Assembly (NCBI RefSeq): GCF_006345805.1
Contig: NC_042999.1
Coordinates: 118,296,001-118,360,000 of the forward strand
Source: Octopus sinensis
Taxonomy: Eukaryota
Direction: 5' to 3'
Length of the DNA stretch: 64,000 bases
Part shown: piece by piece, positions 62,128-64,000 of the stretch
Numbering within the stretch: position 1 is the stretch's first letter
Layout of the letters: each line of letters starts with the position of its first letter
Notes under the pieces: model-generated
What the model was told of the DNA's origin: nothing
Database searches by the model: none
The model's input: the letters and a program-made list of their open reading frames with translations, nothing else
Program-made: the position numbers and the translations under genes

Positions 62128-64000
62128 TAATTCTTCAAAATGGTTATTTGACAAAAGAGGAAAATAAAATTTATCGGAATGTAACTAATATCTGAATAGC
62201 AACCAATATAATGTCATGAATTATTTAGACTATAACTTAATAGGAATAAAAATGCTGAGAGTTCTATAACTGTATTTTGTGTGAACTCAGTTCTTCCTTA
62301 ATGTCAGAGAAAATTTCTGAATAGAGATATTTCTTACATATAGTGCAATCCCATAAAATAAGATTACCACAGACCAGTTCTTAATACAGTTAAAGATGAT
62401 ATATGTACTCTTTGCTTCATACAACAAAGAGATGAAGTAAAAGCATGTGTCACAGAATTTAAGATCTCAATAGGCATGGTTACTTGTAATTTAATTGCCA
62501 TTTTCTGATTTTGAAATTTGTTTTATTCCCGCTTGTGTTTTCTCAGTTCATTTAGTTACAGAGATATTTGGCATGACAAAAATATGCTCCCTGAGAATAT
62601 TCGACAGATATTCTTCAGGATCTTTGTTTCTTTAAGAAAGTTTTTTTTACCCAGCTACAACATTGACGATGTCTCTTAAACCTGATAGTTATTTAAACCT
62701 GATGGAAATTTAAATTAAAAAAAAAGAATGAACTAATTAATGTCATTAACTTAATCCTTCTAGGTGACTCAAGCACTCACAATTCCTCATGGATTTTACA
62801 CTCATCCAAAACTAATGCTGTAGGGTAAAAGATAATCTTTTGCTGTTTTTAATTCTTTACACCAATTTGTTTCATCTCCTACTCATATTCCAGAGTAGTT
62901 TGCAAATAATTTTCTCAGGGCAAAATTTAACCTCTACTAAACAGTAACTGTCACTTGTCACTGCACATACTGGGATTTCTAATCCCTGCTTCACCACGGC
63001 TATGCAACATGCAATGATTTACACACTCAACTGTTGCCTGGCTCCTGTAATACATCATAAGAGGAAGGGGTGCAGCTGTTCACCACTTTTATGCCAATTA
63101 TCTCAGGCAGTGATTTTGTTTTATTTTTGACAAATTAAAAATAGCTAGCCAGTACCTGAAATTATTCTTTTAGGCATGTCTTCTTCATGTCACATTCAGT
63201 TATAGCAATACTGAAATTGTTCAGGATATAAAAATGGAAAAGACAAGCAAGGCCTAGAATGCCTGTAAAATTTTACTCCCCTCCAAAAATGGCTTTCACC
63301 CACCAGTGCAACTCTTGTAAAATCCCTTTCTGGTCTGCAAAGTGTAATGGATGTCTTCATGAAAGACACATCCCTTAAGTGTTTTCTTTTTCTTTTTTTT
63401 TATAAGGATGAAGAGATTTATGCATCAAAGTTTTAATGAGACATTATAAACTGTTTTATTTGTATATTCTTAGTATTAACCTGTTTGTTTGAAATAGATT
63501 GATAAAATATATCATAGCAGTATGTTTCAGAAATATTGATGAGATTTCAAAATATTTTTGTTGCCTTTTGTCTTTTGAAGAAGCCAAATAAATGCTTTGT
63601 AAGTGATGTGACTAAACAATATCAATTAATATGTTAATCTGTACAAATTAACATGTTAATTATTTCTTACTATGTGCCTTTGCTAAATGTACTTGGAGTA
63701 ATCACAAAATTGCTAGAGCATTTATTAATTAAATGACAGAAAAATAAATTATGCAAAAGTGTTAGTGAATACATGCATGCATACACACACACATACATAG
63801 ACACAGACACACGAACATGCACAGATGCACACACATGCACACATACACACACACAATAACAGCAACAACAACAACTACACACATATATTTTAGAAACCTA
63901 ATCACAAGATTTCAAAATCAACGATTCAAATGAATCATATATATTAATTATTGTATAATTACATATAGATATATATATTTGAATCAATATCTACACACAC

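Overview
This is a very AT-rich, microsatellite-dense animal genomic segment. I found no rRNA, tRNA, CRISPR array, prokaryotic feature or convincing host protein-coding gene, so it is probably intronic or intergenic. The SINE families and simple repeats resemble those of octopus/cephalopod genomes (recognition, not a database result). Nearly all ORF-track hits are microsatellite translations or decayed transposon coding sequence. Transposons identified: a degenerate mariner with TIRs (1.9-3.05 kb), an RT-less Gypsy-type LTR element (10.36-13.83 kb), a CCCH-finger LINE ORF1 (16.4-17.4 kb), a Tx1/L1 fragment (37.9-39.2 kb), R4/Dong-like fragments (35.6 and 44.2-46 kb), RTE copies (47, 51, 53, 54.5 and 57-58.5 kb), a non-autonomous Helitron (36.2-37.2 kb), MITEs and about 20 SINEs. 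The most notable signal is four minimal type I hammerhead-ribozyme motifs (14.96, 15.85, 27.42 and 55.95 kb) in mutually unrelated short elements. Two carry a compensated U3-A8 core and sit in long head-to-head palindromes, one of which has perfect 228-bp arms and a 3-nt loop. All folds were assigned by eye and activity is untested.
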